Assembly (NCBI GenBank): GCA_964019335.1
Contig: OZ025664.1
Location: 434,001 to 498,000, forward strand
DNA: 64,000 nt
Reading direction: 5' to 3'
Origin: Diplonema japonicum
Taxonomy: Eukaryota; Protista; Euglenozoa: Diplonemea
Position 1 is the first letter of the stretch. Every line of letters begins with the position of its first letter. Below the pieces are notes generated by a model. The model saw only the letters and a program-made list of their open reading frames with translations. It had not been told where the DNA came from and made no database searches. The translations under genes were made by a program, and so were the position numbers. This document shows, one piece after another, positions 40,808-53,276 of the stretch.

Positions 40808-41193
40808 AGAAATCGAAATAAGCGGAACCGACACTCGGTTAGAAGTGGACTCATGTTGCATCCGAGCCCATTCTGCATATAGGGGTGCTGGGATGCATGT
40901 GGTATGCATTTTTTTTTTTTTTTTGATGATTAAATTTTTCGGCAGACGCACTCTTCTTCGTCTCTGAACATGAACGGCTCAGTCTCCAGTGTGACAATGG
41001 TCTCAAGTAAAACTGGAGAGAGCACAGTTGCTGCAGCAGCTGTTGCTGTGGCTGCCTCGGTTTCTCCTGTTGAACCGGAAGAATGCGAACCAGAGAGGTG
41101 TGTAAAGAAAAGGGGAACACAAAAAAAAAAAAAGAATTTCTTTTTCTTCCGTGCAGAAAGTCGAATGATGATGAAGAAGAAGAGCGGTGTTAG
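40083..41193 (+). CDS. Putatively N-myristoylated protein with a PDZ-like segment; introns 40756-40809, 40902-40945, 41098-41156
   Basis: MGQGSTK start; KIGVQF...VRGVESGSPGDKAGL..IGDTIL is PDZ-like. Splicing at GT-AG joins the frames through to ...RKSNDDEEEERC*. Confidence 0.72.
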
Positions 41194-41712
41194 AAAGAAG
41201 GGAAAAAAGAAAAAAGAAAAGACAAAGAAAAAAAAAGTGTGTGAAGAGCACGTTACCCCCCCATTTTTTTCTAACCACCTCCCTTCCCCTTCCCCCCTCT
41301 TGCTGACACCTTGTGGGAGCTATTTTTTTTTTTTCTTTTTTACTATATTTTTTGTTTCTCTCTTAGTCATCTCTTAAAGAGGCCTTTTTTTTATATTACC
41401 CTCCCCCCGCCCCCGTAGGAAGCGGACAAATGGGCGGAGGAAAAAAAAAAAAAAAAAAATGCCCCCATGAAGCATCCCTTCCTGCTACAAAAAAAAAGAA
41501 CTGCTCCCTGTTAAATAGAGAGATTTAAAAGAGGGACAAAAAAAAAAGAAAAATGAGAACGGAGGGGGGGGGGGGGGGGAGAGGAAAAGCACCGCCAAAA
41601 AAAGAACTCCCCCCCCCCCCCACCCTCCCCTCCTTTCCCCCCTCCTTCTTTTCAGTATGAGTTCTTCTTTTTTTTCTATCGTACTAAAAAAAAGAGGGGA
41701 AAAAAAAACTGA

Positions 41713-42282
41713 ATGTTGAGGTGGGTGAGAACACTGCATGCAGTTCACCCAAGAGTTGGGGGTGCATTTCTCAACATAGGAAAGGTTCATGAGGTGGAGG
41801 TTTTATTATTAAACCCTGTCGGGGGTACGAATCTCGGCGGCTGTCTACGCACAGCAGAGTGCGCAGGTGTACGCAAGGTCTACTACACCAGAAGAGAAAA
41901 GCTTCAAAAGGGTGTTAACGACGCTGCGGTAAGGAAGACCGCACTTGGAGCAACAGACTGGGTCCCCATGGAGCACATAACAAGCCCTGCTGAAACAGTT
42001 GAAAGAGCCAACCAAGATGGGCATCTCACGCTCCTGGTGGACCCAAGAGCGAGTGTTCCCATGAGCACTTTTCTGGGCTCTCTTGCGTCGCGGCCTTCTT
42101 CGGTGTTGTTGGTTTTCCCTAATGAGTTTTTAGAAGGTGTTGACGATCAGCTCCCTGTCGCCGCATCTGTCTCTCCAAGCCAGTCGGCCTTCAAGGGCCC
42201 AGACGAACTGGTGGTGCGAATGAACCTCACGTCGTCCTTCGCAACGGCCGTTTACCGAACTGTAGAGTGGCTTCGTAAATGA
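41713..42282 (+). CDS. SpoU/TrmH-family (SPOUT) RNA methyltransferase, probably organellar
   Basis: NLGGCLRTAECAG (motif 1), RKTALGA, LLVFPNE..EGV (motif 2), RMNLTSS (degenerate motif 3); presequence-like MLRWVRTL. Confidence 0.8.
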   Translation: MLRWVRTLHAVHPRVGGAFLNIGKVHEVEVLLLNPVGGTNLGGCLRTAECAGVRKVYYTRREKLQKGVNDAAVRKTALGATDWVPMEHITSPAETVERANQDGHLTLLVDPRASVPMSTFLGSLASRPSSVLLVFPNEFLEGVDDQLPVAASVSPSQSAFKGPDELVVRMNLTSSFATAVYRTVEWLRK

Positions 42283-42795
42283 AAAGAGGGGCGGGGCAAA
42301 AACCCAGATTCCTCGAAGGGCTGCCATTTTTTTTTTTTTTTTTTTTTGCCGACTTTCTGTCACACTATGATCCAGAGCTTCTCCGTCTCCTCTTCCTGTC
42401 ATGTACTTCTTCTTGCTCCTGCTCCGTCCTCAGGCTCTTCACCCGCCAACCCGTCTTCAACAGCTTCGAACGGTTTGCGTTCATCTGCCCGTCGTACCTC
42501 ATCGGTAGGGGGTAAGAAGGCCATTTCGTTTAAAGAAGTTTAAGATTGATAGTCTGATGAATGGTGGGCTTTGGCATTACATTCTGAATAAAATACACTG
42601 CCTTCCACTTCTTGGTCGGGCGTCAGCCACGTCTACAGCCCCCCCCCCCCGGTCCCCTCAAAACAAAGGGGGTCGGGAATTATTTGGGAGATTTGGAGAG
42701 GGAAAATCCCCGGGAAAAATATTTGGGAAAAAAAACACATTATTTGGGAATTATTCGCCCCCCCCCCCCCCCCCCCTTTAGAAAGCAACAAAAAA

Positions 42796-43842
42796 ATGGA
42801 TGAATCAGACATTCCACCCCCGTTGGTGGAGATTAATGGTGAGGGGAACTCGCTCCCCATCTGGTTAAGCAGGCCGGAGATCAGGTACCATGTGAACGGG
42901 AGCGGGGAGATACTGGGGATCGACACTCCGGACATGTGGGAGAAGAGCGCGGTTAAGGGCGAGGGCGACGAGATCAGAGACCCGCACAGCGTAGTGGGGA
43001 GCAACCTCCTGGACACGATGTCCCCCTTCTACAAAACACTATTCGGGGGGATCTTAAGACGGGTATCGGAAGGAAAGAGCGGGGTAGTAAGCTGGAGATA
43101 CTGCGCCGACTCCCCAGGCGTCTGCAGACACTTCATGCTGACAATCACAAGACTGCCAGACGGCTCCCTACAGTTCAGCAGCACACAGCTAGACGAGCAT
43201 CTCCGTGCTCCAGTCTTCGAACACGGCTTTGAGGACAACGACTCGGCCTCTGTCGAAATCTGCGGATGGTGTCAAAAACTCCGACACCGAGACGGTTCAA
43301 AATGGCAATCCCCTGACACCTTCCACGCGTCACTAGCAGCTCTAGGTGTGACACCGCCTAAGTCCTTGGCTGTGAAGCACATTGCTTGCGATGTGTGCAG
43401 CAAAGAGCTTTCCCATAATGGTATGGCATGGATACCTAACCTGCCTAGAAGCATCACGGACACACATAGTAGGCTGTCTTTGATTTGTGTGTCGAAGGAT
43501 GTGCTGCTTCTTAAGGAGTTGACGGTGCGTGTGTGTAGTACTCGCCCTTGGCATGCGCTTACTTTCCCTATTGGTGAGAAGGACTCGCCTCTTGCGTTAT
43601 CGTCAGAAGCTGCCGTTCATACTGTAAAGGTCTTTGTGCTTAATAACCCCAGTGCCGCTGCTGTCGCTACGGATTGTCCCGTTATTACCGCTTCTCTTCT
43701 TGACACTCTTTCGACGCCTGTGGTCGGTATCGCTTCGAATGACGCCATGGCGAAAAGCCTCCTGGAAGCAGGTTGCTGTTCTGTAGTCAGCCGGCCTCAG
43801 TGGAAACAACTAAAGCGGGCATTGTCCGATATTGCAAAATAA
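42796..43842 (+). CDS. PAS-like + CxxC/HxxCxxC zinc site + degenerate receiver-like domain protein
   Basis: VVGSNLLD...WRYCADSPGVCRHFMLTITRLPDGSLQFSS (prokaryotic PAS-like), ICGWCQK...HIACDVC, C-terminal PVVGIAS...LLEAGCCSVVSRP; intronless. Confidence 0.75.
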   Translation: MDESDIPPPLVEINGEGNSLPIWLSRPEIRYHVNGSGEILGIDTPDMWEKSAVKGEGDEIRDPHSVVGSNLLDTMSPFYKTLFGGILRRVSEGKSGVVSWRYCADSPGVCRHFMLTITRLPDGSLQFSSTQLDEHLRAPVFEHGFEDNDSASVEICGWCQKLRHRDGSKWQSPDTFHASLAALGVTPPKSLAVKHIACDVCSKELSHNGMAWIPNLPRSITDTHSRLSLICVSKDVLLLKELTVRVCSTRPWHALTFPIGEKDSPLALSSEAAVHTVKVFVLNNPSAAAVATDCPVITASLLDTLSTPVVGIASNDAMAKSLLEAGCCSVVSRPQWKQLKRALSDIAK

Positions 43843-45259
43843 GTGAAAGAAAAAGAAGAATAATTTAACAAAAAAAAAAAAAGAATTTCGAAAAAAATAA
43901 ATAAATTGACATGTGCACATAATTTTTTATAGTTTATTTTTTTTGCTCCCTTTTTTTTTTTTTTGAGGTTCCACCGAAGAGTGATCGAATAATTTTTTCC
44001 CCCCCCCCTGAAATTCTAGCATCAAAAAAGGCGAAGTAGATAGGTGGGGGAAAGAATGGAAAAAAAAAAAAAAAGAAAAAAAAAAGACGGTCGATGCAAA
44101 AATGCGCACAATATTTATTTTAAAAAAAAGAAAAGAACAGAAAAAAGAAAAGAAAGTGAGAAAAACAAAAACAAAAACAAAAAAAAAAAGAAAATTGGAA
44201 AATCCTTTTTTTTTAAATCACAGAAGGCCGTTGATATCTTGATCGTGACCAGAGAGCACCATTGAATGGGGCATCAGGAAAAGTTCCTGGTATTCTACAT
44301 GGCGGTGAAGAGACTAGTAGCTTCTAGCACCAGTGCTATGGAGACTGCAATGGATTTTACACCTTGAGTTGAGAGACCTTGGGAGGTGAACAGTGAGTAT
44401 CTACCCGCACACTGAAATTTATCAATTTTTTTAAAAGTTTTTTGAAATAACGTTTAACTTTGTTCCCCCCTCATGTCCCTCTTCTTCCTCTCTGCTCTTT
44501 TCGGGGGGGGATTTTCTTCTTCTTTTTTTTTTTTTGTGAATTTGGTGTTGATACTGATGTAAAAGACCGTTTTTGCCATAAAGGATATACTCAGTTTTTT
44601 ATGACAATCAGCTTTGCTTCACAGTATCCTCTCTTTTATTTCACACGAAAAACACCCTCCCGAAAAGTAAAGAAATAGAAACGGTGGGGGGGGGGGGAAG
44701 AAAAAGAAAAAGGGGGGGAAACCCAAACAAAATGTGTCAGTAGTTAGATTGTTTCTTTTTTTAGGATGGCGGGGGGGGGGTCTTTTTATTTATTTGGTCA
44801 GCTGAACGAGAAATATCCTTTAATTTTCTCCGGTCTCTTTTTTTTTTTTCTCTTTCTCTTTCATATGGTTCAGTTACTTTAAAAAAGAATACACTTGTTA
44901 TAACCTTCTGGTGTTGGACTCACTCCAGGGTGCTCGCTTATCAAACCCAAGATGTTGATGCCCAACGGTGAAAAAGCTGCCTCCTCCCAAAAAGATTAAA
45001 AAAAAAAAAAAAAAGGGAGAGAGAGGAGGGGGTTAGCTTTGCAAAGTTTCCCATCGATTTTTTTTTTTTTTGATTCCTTTTTTTTTTTTTTTTTTTTTAT
45101 ATCCTCCTGATCATGTAGTCCTTCCTTGGGGGGGGTTTTTTTTTTCTTTCCTCCTTTTTTTTTTTTTTTCTTGTTCGCTCCCAAAAGAAATCTCAACACA
45201 GTAGGAGGGGAAGACTTAAAAAAAGATCTTCTGTAAAAAAATTAAAAAAAAAAAGGAAA

Positions 45260-46501
45260 ATGAAACCCCCACAGTACACAACAGTCCTCCTCTACGCTGT
45301 ATTGGTTCTAGCCAGTGGATGGCAACTGGTGTACAGCAAGAAGCCAGGCCGGCCGTTTCAAGTAACGGCTGACGACTTGGACACCATGGAAAAGGCGTTG
45401 AAAAAAATAAAAAAAGAAGGGAGAAAAGCTGCAAAATCGATGAGGAAGCTAATGGAGCAGTCGAAGGAGAACAACGACGACGAAAACTCAAACAGCGAAG
45501 AAACAGACAAATCGCTCATTACAAAAATATGGGACGATCTCAGGGACACTCCGAAATATATTACGGAAAAGAAGAAACAACGGGAGGAGATACGCTTCGC
45601 TACCAACACAGCAGACAAACTCTTGTACGAGCTGAAGAATTTTGAACACAGCGAATCCAACGAAGAACCCAAAGCCCTGCCACAGTTCAATCCCACAACG
45701 CACCAAGAAGGCACCCCAAACATGGTGATTGGGATCTCCTCGGTGAACCGGAAAAAAAACTATTTACTAAACACGATCCGGGACATTTTTAAAAAACTGT
45801 TGAAACCCGAGAGGAAAACAGTGAAAATTGTTGTTATGAACGGTGATGTTCCACCGGAGAAACATACTGACGTTCCACTTCTTGAGACGGAATTTCAATC
45901 TGAAATTGAATCGGGCCTCCTTGTAATCGAACAAAACCCCCGCCACACCGGCCACAAACAGCTTGAAACCAACGACAAGCTCACCCTACGGTGGGGAGAC
46001 AATATCAAACGTGTAAAATGGAGGTCAAAACAAGTTCTCGATGTTACCATGTTAATGAGAAAATGCCACCATCACGCTCAACAAGGCGGCTACGGATATT
46101 TCCTCATGCTGGAAGACGATGTTAAGGTGGCTGAAGGCTTCCCTACCGCAATACGAAGTTGGGTCGACAAGCACCTGTCGTCACGCACCGACTGGACCGT
46201 GGCATCCTTCTACAACCCTTGGAAAGTCGCTGATCGGGAGGAAATACCGGCGTTTAAATTCTTTGGCGTTATCGGGCAGCTCTTTAGAACGCACGACCTC
46301 CCGCACATCACCAGCTTCTTGGGGAGGAACTTTGACGAGTCACCTTTAGACTGGCTGTTTGTCGACTACCTCACCAAGCACAAGGGGAAGATGATCGCTC
46401 ACGCACCGTCCCTCTTCCAGCACCTCGGCGTCGTGTCCAGCCTCTCGGATAAGATACAGCCCAGCAGGGCCGCGGAGTTCGATGAGTTTCCTTTAAGATA
46501 A
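45260..46501 (+). CDS. GT54 / MGAT4-like N-acetylglucosaminyltransferase (type II membrane)
   Basis: N-terminal anchor; IGISSVNRKKNYLLNTI, KWRSKQVLD, YFLMLEDDV, SLFQHLGVVSSL. Confidence 0.88.
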   Translation: MKPPQYTTVLLYAVLVLASGWQLVYSKKPGRPFQVTADDLDTMEKALKKIKKEGRKAAKSMRKLMEQSKENNDDENSNSEETDKSLITKIWDDLRDTPKYITEKKKQREEIRFATNTADKLLYELKNFEHSESNEEPKALPQFNPTTHQEGTPNMVIGISSVNRKKNYLLNTIRDIFKKLLKPERKTVKIVVMNGDVPPEKHTDVPLLETEFQSEIESGLLVIEQNPRHTGHKQLETNDKLTLRWGDNIKRVKWRSKQVLDVTMLMRKCHHHAQQGGYGYFLMLEDDVKVAEGFPTAIRSWVDKHLSSRTDWTVASFYNPWKVADREEIPAFKFFGVIGQLFRTHDLPHITSFLGRNFDESPLDWLFVDYLTKHKGKMIAHAPSLFQHLGVVSSLSDKIQPSRAAEFDEFPLR

Positions 46502-46503
46502 CC

Positions 46504-46536
<33 letters not shown>

Positions 46537-46626
46537 TTCTCCTTTTTTTTCTTCGACAACACGAAATTCAAGAAAGAGTAGGGGGTGCAAAAAAAAAAAA
46601 AAGGGAAAAAAAAAAAAAAAAAAAAG

Positions 46627-47805
46627 ATGCCACTGGTATCCAGCACCCCGCAGACGGGCGAAGGTATCCTTCGCGATAACGCCAATAGTGCCGTTGATAT
46701 TACGAGTTCTAAACCCCGGATTGAGTTGAAGGATTTAGTGGCCAGCCCTGGGGCGTATGAGAGGGAACGCGAGCTTGCTAAATTGAGAGCGGACCACCAG
46801 TACAATGATAGGACAGGGTTGCTGGAGCTGCAGGTGAAACGGCCTGATGGTACGCACTCGCAGCTGCAGCTTGACCCGAAGTACTTAGTGGATCCAGCTC
46901 CTGTGCCAGAAGCACAGCAGCACCACCACCAGGCGAGGGTTTCGCCACAGGCAGGACAGTACCCACAACATCATGGGCACAGCCCACATCATCATGGACA
47001 CAGCCCGCATCACAGCGGAACCCCTCCCATGTCCAACCCGCCACGGCAGCTTGTCAAAAAACAAATGATGGAAGAGCCTCATGACTGGTCCCCGCCAAGA
47101 CACAGGGAGACCCACCACAATGTAACCCAAAACAGCAGGATGGAAATGGTATTTTTCTTTTTTTCTTTTTCTCTCCAATCCCAATGCAACACCGACAAAC
47201 AGCCTGCTGCGCCGTGTGGCGTAGAGGAGCACGCACTGAATCAGAGGCTCGACGACATCGACTACGAACTGCAGGAGAAGTCCCCGGAACCGGGGAAGGT
47301 GAGAGCACTTATGGAAGAGAAGGAGAGGATACTACAGAGGATTCAGTACATCACCCCGAAAAAGAACCGCCCAATGGGGTATGGAGCTGCAGAATGGGGG
47401 GAAAAAAAAAATTTTTTTTTTTAAAGATTGCACCCGTCGGAGATACCAAGGGTGACAGTGCCTGCGGTTCCTGTGGACCCGAGACAAGCAAGCAACGATG
47501 CACAAGCCATCTGGCGGCATTTTGGTGTCCGGAGCACGCACTCTGCTGGGTACCACATCCATGAGCAGTCCACACACCCAAGGGGAGCAACATATCCCAC
47601 AGCAACCTATCCCACCTCGCGACAGGTGGCAACACCTCATAGAAGTCCTGCAGTGGGGTCTGTGAAAACACCTGTGACATCAGGGAACCAACCCACGCGT
47701 AGAGTTAGCGATGTCTCGTCTCGCAGGAGGCGATCGTCTAGCAGAAGGCGCCGTTCCTCACCCGATGCGTCGAGGAGGAGGAGGAGAAGCTCTTCGAGAG
47801 GGTAG
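46627..47805 (+). CDS. Hypothetical low-complexity protein with RS-rich tail; introns 47149-47202, 47379-47426
   Basis: ATG follows poly-A; GT-AG splicing joins the 46585 and 47428 frames; ends SRRRRSSSRG*. Confidence 0.7.
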
Positions 47806-48165
47806 ATTTAAAAAAAAAAAAAAAAAAAAAAAAAGATTCCCACCATCCCCTTATGTTGTATCTTCCTCCTCTTTGCTTTTTTTTTTTTTTTTTTTTTTTT
47901 TTTTGTACTGTACTTCCAAAAAGAAATTTAAAAAAAAAAAAAAAACGAACAAGAAAATGAGAAACCTCTCTGATGTATTTTCTTTTTTTTTTACATTTTT
48001 TTTTTAATATAAAAATATACTCTATACTCTGTACTATTTTCCACAACAACAAAAAGAAACTGTTTGAATCGGGCAGAGGTCTCCCTTTTTCTTCTTGTTC
48101 TCTTTTTTTTTTTTTTTTTTTTTTATAGTGACACCTTTCTCCTCCTTCTACCCACCACCAGAGGG

Positions 48166-49213
48166 ATGATCATCAAGATTAGAGGCGATGCCGATGCGTT
48201 CGACAGAAGCGATGAGCTGATCTGCTCAATTAACCAGTCGGCAAGCAGCGTGATGAGCCCTCAGCTGGCGACGAGGCTAGGAAGAAGAAGCCTGAAGGGG
48301 CTGGAGGTGTGGGCGGTGATGCCCGACGGGAAGTACAAAAGGGTGGATGTTAACGCCAGGCCGTGCGACTACGGGATCACAGAGGACGACAAGGAGTGGG
48401 CTGTCTTTATACGCAGGTATGACAAAAAAGAAAGAAAAAAAAGTCCATCATCTCACTCTCAGCCCGGCAATTCCCGAGTGTCCTGTCCCCGCGGCTGAGG
48501 AAGCGTCAGTGTCCAACATCATCACAATGCAATGGTCGAGGCACGCTGTGTACAAACCACGACCAAAGAGATGCATTACAAACCGAAGCCTTCCAAGGAA
48601 AACGTATACAAGAAGGCTTGCGCAGACCCCCACCGCGGAGCAACAGCTACGCGCGCTCTCTCACTACAGCTTTGTGATCAACGATGGGTTAATATCTCGG
48701 GACTTTGCTTCGGCCGTCTTAGCGGAGGCCATACAAGTCCACTTGCGAGGGAGGCTCTCTGAGACAGTGCCCTCTCAGGTCCTTCCTGTCACGTTCAAGA
48801 ACGAGACACACGGCGGGCAGTGCTGCTGGGTCAACGGGGAGCATCACCCGGCTTTTAAGCGGTACCTTCGAATTCTCGACAGCACCGTGAGCGGTCTGAA
48901 CCTGCCGTTGGACAAAGGGTCGCCTTGCCTGCTGTCCTTCTACCCTGCTGGAGGCTCCTGTGGTTCCATCCATGCTGATACGGATAACGACAGCCGGCGG
49001 ATGGTTTGTTTCAATAAGTTTTTTTTTTTAAAACCCCTTCACACAGCTAACTGCAACAATGTTCCTTCAGCACCCCGGTCAAGGTGGAGACCATCACATG
49101 CTGACTCCCACTAACTTCGTTGAGGTGGCGCCCCTCCTTGGAAGAGTCCTTCTTCACTGGAGTGATGAGAGGTGTAAGCATGAGGTGTGAGAGAGATTTT
49201 GAAAAAAAGAATA

Positions 49214-49246
<33 letters not shown>

Positions 49247-49356
49247 TCCGACCGACCAGTTCACAGGCACATTATTCCATAACTGTGTGGTACTGTCACA
49301 AGGACAAGCAAGCAAAGCTTGATATCGAGAATAAAAAAGCGAAGGTGTTTAACTAG
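48166..49356 (+). CDS. 2OG-Fe(II) dioxygenase, EGLN/PHD prolyl-hydroxylase-like; introns 48417-48462, 49004-49046, 49185-49245
   Basis: Spliced product: SFYPAGG..IHADTDNDSRRMLTATMFL...GGD...VAPLLGRVLLHWSDERCKHEIRP...HYSITVWY (HxD...H triad and the WSD.R..HE and ITVWY motifs). Confidence 0.82.
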
Positions 49357-49408
49357 AAACTAACAAAAGAAAAAGAGAAAGAAAAAAAAAAAAAAACAGC
49401 TCAAGCGC

Positions 49409-49998
49409 ATGGCGCTCATGTACGTGATAGGCAGGGCATGCGTGGGTGCTGGGCTGGTGACATGCGCGAGTGTGGAACAGAAGAAAAAGAGGAAAAAACA
49501 TAAGAAGAGAAAGAGCAAGAAGAAGAACACCGAAGCCATCGTCCTTCGGGGGCAGCAAGAGGATTCTTCAGACTCGGATGACAATTGGATGGTATCCCCA
49601 CCACCCCACCACCCCTTCTAATCATCTACAACAGGTTTTCTGCTCTGCGCTACGAGCTGCTCTAGCTTCTTCAGTTGCGCTCCTTGTGTCTCATACTACC
49701 CTGCCCCCTACCACGCCCCTGCAAAGACCTAGCAGTCCTGTAATGGCTTTGTCGCCTTTGCCCGTCTCCTCTCCTCTTCTGTACAATGGGATTGAAGAAC
49801 TTGAGGGGCTTTATTCCTCGTATAGACAGGAGGCCAAGCTGCGGAGGAAGATCGAAATGCAAATGGCGGCCCATGAGGAAGAAGTTGAAGACATTCTTTG
49901 TGCTGCTTTGCACGCTATGGCCAAGGTGTGGAAAGGGAGGATATTTTTTTTTAATTCCTAAATTACAGTTAATGCGTGAAGTCCTGCCTGTGGCGTAA
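49409..49998 (+). CDS. Small hypothetical protein; introns 49592-49634, 49926-49968
   Basis: Three track ORF fragments are joined in frame by two 43-nt GT-AG introns. Confidence 0.6.
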
Positions 49999-50109
49999 TA
50001 TATAAAGGAAAGAGAAAAAAAAAAAAAAATGGATGAGTACTGAATGAGGGGTTTTTTTTTCTATTCTTGTTGGCTTCACAGCCTCCTAGATAAGAAGGAC
50101 CTCCGCCCT

Positions 50110-50153
<44 letters not shown>

Positions 50154-50666
50154 CGTAAAACAGCATTCATCCCTCCCCTATTCTATTTTTAATATTACAG
50201 CGTTGCAAAAAAAAAAAAAGAAGAAGAAGAAAAAGACTGAGGTGGAAAAGAAAAAAAAATAGGGGGAAAAACAAAGAAAACTGGCAACTTCACTTTAAAA
50301 GAATTTATGTAAACGATTAAGGGGCGTAAGCAAGAGATAGTGACCATTTCCAAGGAGAAAGGAAAAAAAATTAAAAAAGAAGAAAGGAAAAAAAGAAACA
50401 AGGGAAGAAAGGAAAGACCCCCTCCCCCCCCCTCTTCTTTTCTATTCTTTTTCTTCTTCTTCTCTTTTTTTTTGTTATTCTGCGATTTTTTTTATAGGAA
50501 TCGGCTCGGTATCCCTTCCCCTACAAAGTCCCCCCCCTCCCCCCCCGTTTCTTCTTCGCAAAGTTCCCCTCAAAAGATGAACAAAATGACCAACTTTATT
50601 TATATTGAGAATCCCTCATTGGGGTTTCTCTTTCGTTTTCTTCCCCCTCACTTCAATTCCCTCCCA

Positions 50667-50700
<34 letters not shown>

Positions 50701-50939
50701 CCATTTCCTTTACTTCCCTCTTATTTTTTTTAAACCTCTTTTTATGTTTTAAATATTCACTTATATTATGATAGAAAAGAGGACCGGAAAAAAAAAAAAA
50801 AAAAAAAAAAAAGACACCGAAAAAAAAAAAAAAAATATTTTCCTTGTTTTTCCTTCTTTTTTTGTTAACTCACAGAACCTAAACACAAGAAGAAAAAAAA
50901 AAAACACAAAAAGGGGGAGAAAAGAAAAAAAAGGGGGAA

Positions 50940-53080
50940 ATGGATGAAGAAGGGGGTATGGAACTAGAAGAGATGAGCCCACGAGAGGGGATGACGAAGC
51001 AGGAGAGAGAGAAAAAAGCAAAGGTAGGTTTTGCATTAGACAGCGCTGCCGCCATGGGGAATTTCGGGTGTGGGTTGATGCAGAACCAGCAGACTGTACA
51101 GGCAAAACTTGCGAACAAAGCAAGAAAGCAGTTGAACACACTAAGGGACATCGATATGAACGAGGAATGGCCAGAGGCGCTGAGGCGTACTACAAACCAA
51201 CTAGAGGCCGCGACACAAGAACTAAAGGAAAACTCCCAAGAGCTTTTTCAAGAAGCCGCCGAAGACATCTTGCGAAGGGTGAATATCCGCCTTGAAGAGT
51301 ACAAAAACGACTTTGTAGAGGATTTCGGCCGCCCTGCAGGAACTGCCTACGGCGTGGCCCGAGCCAGCTCAGACCTTCTCTCCCGGGATACCAAAAAGGC
51401 CCAGTTTCTCTGCCTCTCCTTCTGGATTCTCTTCCTCGTTGCATGGGAAATCCTCATTGCCTCTATTTCACACCCGCTCGACTGCAACCTCCTCCACACC
51501 TCCGACCCTGCGTACCTTCAGTGCTACGACGCCAAAGACCTTCTCATCAACCTTAACTGCTCTGCCTACCGCTGTGCCACTCCATGGAGCTCCCTCCCGG
51601 GCAGCCGCGGGTGCGACACCTGCAACTGCGAGACGTGCAACCACTGTACAGAATGCCTGTGCACCGTAGGCTACGGGCCTTCCCAGCACCATGTCTGTGC
51701 GGACTTCGAACAGTGGCCCGGTTCCTGGGCTGTCACCGTGCGCTGGGCTGTCGTCGGGTTTTGGATCACGTTGTTCGTCTTGTTTATGATAAAGTACTTC
51801 GTCGGCTGGTACCTCGAGCACCGCAGCACTGTGGTCATCTACGAACAGGACAGGCAGGATGAGCTGGCGAAGAAGAAGCGTCTCCGCATGATGCAGGAGG
51901 CACGCGACGAGCTGGTCGGCACGCACGTTGAGTTCTTCAACTCACCCAACCACCTGTACCACCCTGACCTCATAAAGGCCGCAGTGCAGCAGCGCATGGA
52001 GGACAGACAGTGCTTCCACAAGCCAGTGGCAGAGGTAGGCCGCAGTGCTGGCGAGGGAACTGATGCCTTCATGGAGATTGTGAGCCAGCATGCGGGGGAT
52101 GTGAAGGTGCGTGTGGCAGGCGACGTGAACCCCGAGCTGCAGAAGGTGTACCAGACGAGGTACATGGCACGGTCGTTGAAGAACGACAAACTCCGGCAGG
52201 CGAAGAAGAGCCGTGCTGTGGGGGCCACCTTTTCCTCGTTGGCGGCGAACCTCGGCGATCCGTGGCTGAAGGAGGTGGAGCAGGAGAACATCCCGCAGAG
52301 CGGAGAGCTGTACGATCTCTACCACAGAGTCAAAGATGCAAACAGGGAGGGCGCCACCCCCGAGCTGCTTGTGAAGGAAATGTTCAACCAGAAAGGGATA
52401 CATGCTTCGCTGCCGTTCTTGCGGAGGTTCTTGCTGCGTGAGCCGGCAAGGAACCAACTGCCCATCACTTGGGTGGAGTTTTACTCGGAGGTCTCTCTGG
52501 CGAAGGACTTCATCGTGCAGATTAGCAAAGGCGGAGCAGACTTCAGCCACTACCTCACTTCCACCTCAGAGTATGCAAATGCAACAAGAAAAAAAACCCC
52601 CAAATCACTACCACAGCGGTCTATGGGGGGAGCAGTCCACCGCGAATCGCCCGTCGCAAGCCCAGGCACTCTTTGCCATCGCCAAGCTAGTGGCACCCCT
52701 CTTCAAGGGGCTCAACCCAGACGACCTTGGCAGCGATGACACCCCTGCGTTCCAAGAGGTCGTTAGTGGCGTTGCTCCGTATGGAAAAAAAGATTTTCTT
52801 TTGTAGAATATAAAAAAAACTTAAACAGGTATGTCGTGCCCCTCGCTAGAGGCACTCCTCTCCCCACTTCATCCGAGGCAAGGGGGCAGCGCAAGGCGCT
52901 GCTTAGTGCCCTTAAAGTTCTTAAAAAGTATGGGGGGGCTTTTTTTTTCTTGGGAAATTATACCACAGGATGTCGAAACCAGAGGGCTCCGAGTCCTACG
53001 AAGAAGAGGAGGAGGAGGAGGAAGAAGAGGAGGAAGAAGAGGAACAGAACCGAGAAGACGCCGACCTGCTTCAGATGTAG
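50940..53080 (+). CDS. Two-TM membrane protein with Cys-rich loop and acidic C-terminus; introns 52571-52616, 52779-52828, 52928-52968
   Basis: Two hydrophobic helices flank CDTCNCETCNHCTECLC. Three GTATG-AG introns extend the frame to ...EEEEQNREDADLLQM*. Confidence 0.75.
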
Positions 53081-53276
53081 GGGAAAAAAAAAAACGGAAG
53101 ACAACGAGGTCGGTGCTCTCCCCCCCCCCCCCCCCCCATCCCTCCCATAGTGTCCCCTCTTTTCTTTTCCAGTAATAGATTCCCCTTCCCCCATCCCCCA
53201 TTTTCTTTTTTACAACCGAACCCGTCTCAACTTTTTTTTGTTGTATGCTTGCGAAAAAAAAATAACGTAAAAAAAA

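Noticed and set aside
42348-42545. Coding-like minus-strand stretch ending at a T-run (possible retroelement 3' end)
   Set aside because: Short, no diagnostic motif, and A/T runs are ubiquitous here so the apparent poly(A) tail is uninformative.
44221-44420. Non-homopolymeric island that might be a snoRNA or micro-ORF (33 codons from 44266)
   Set aside because: No convincing C/D or H/ACA box pair with terminal stem, and no recognisable peptide; needs an Rfam/BLAST search.
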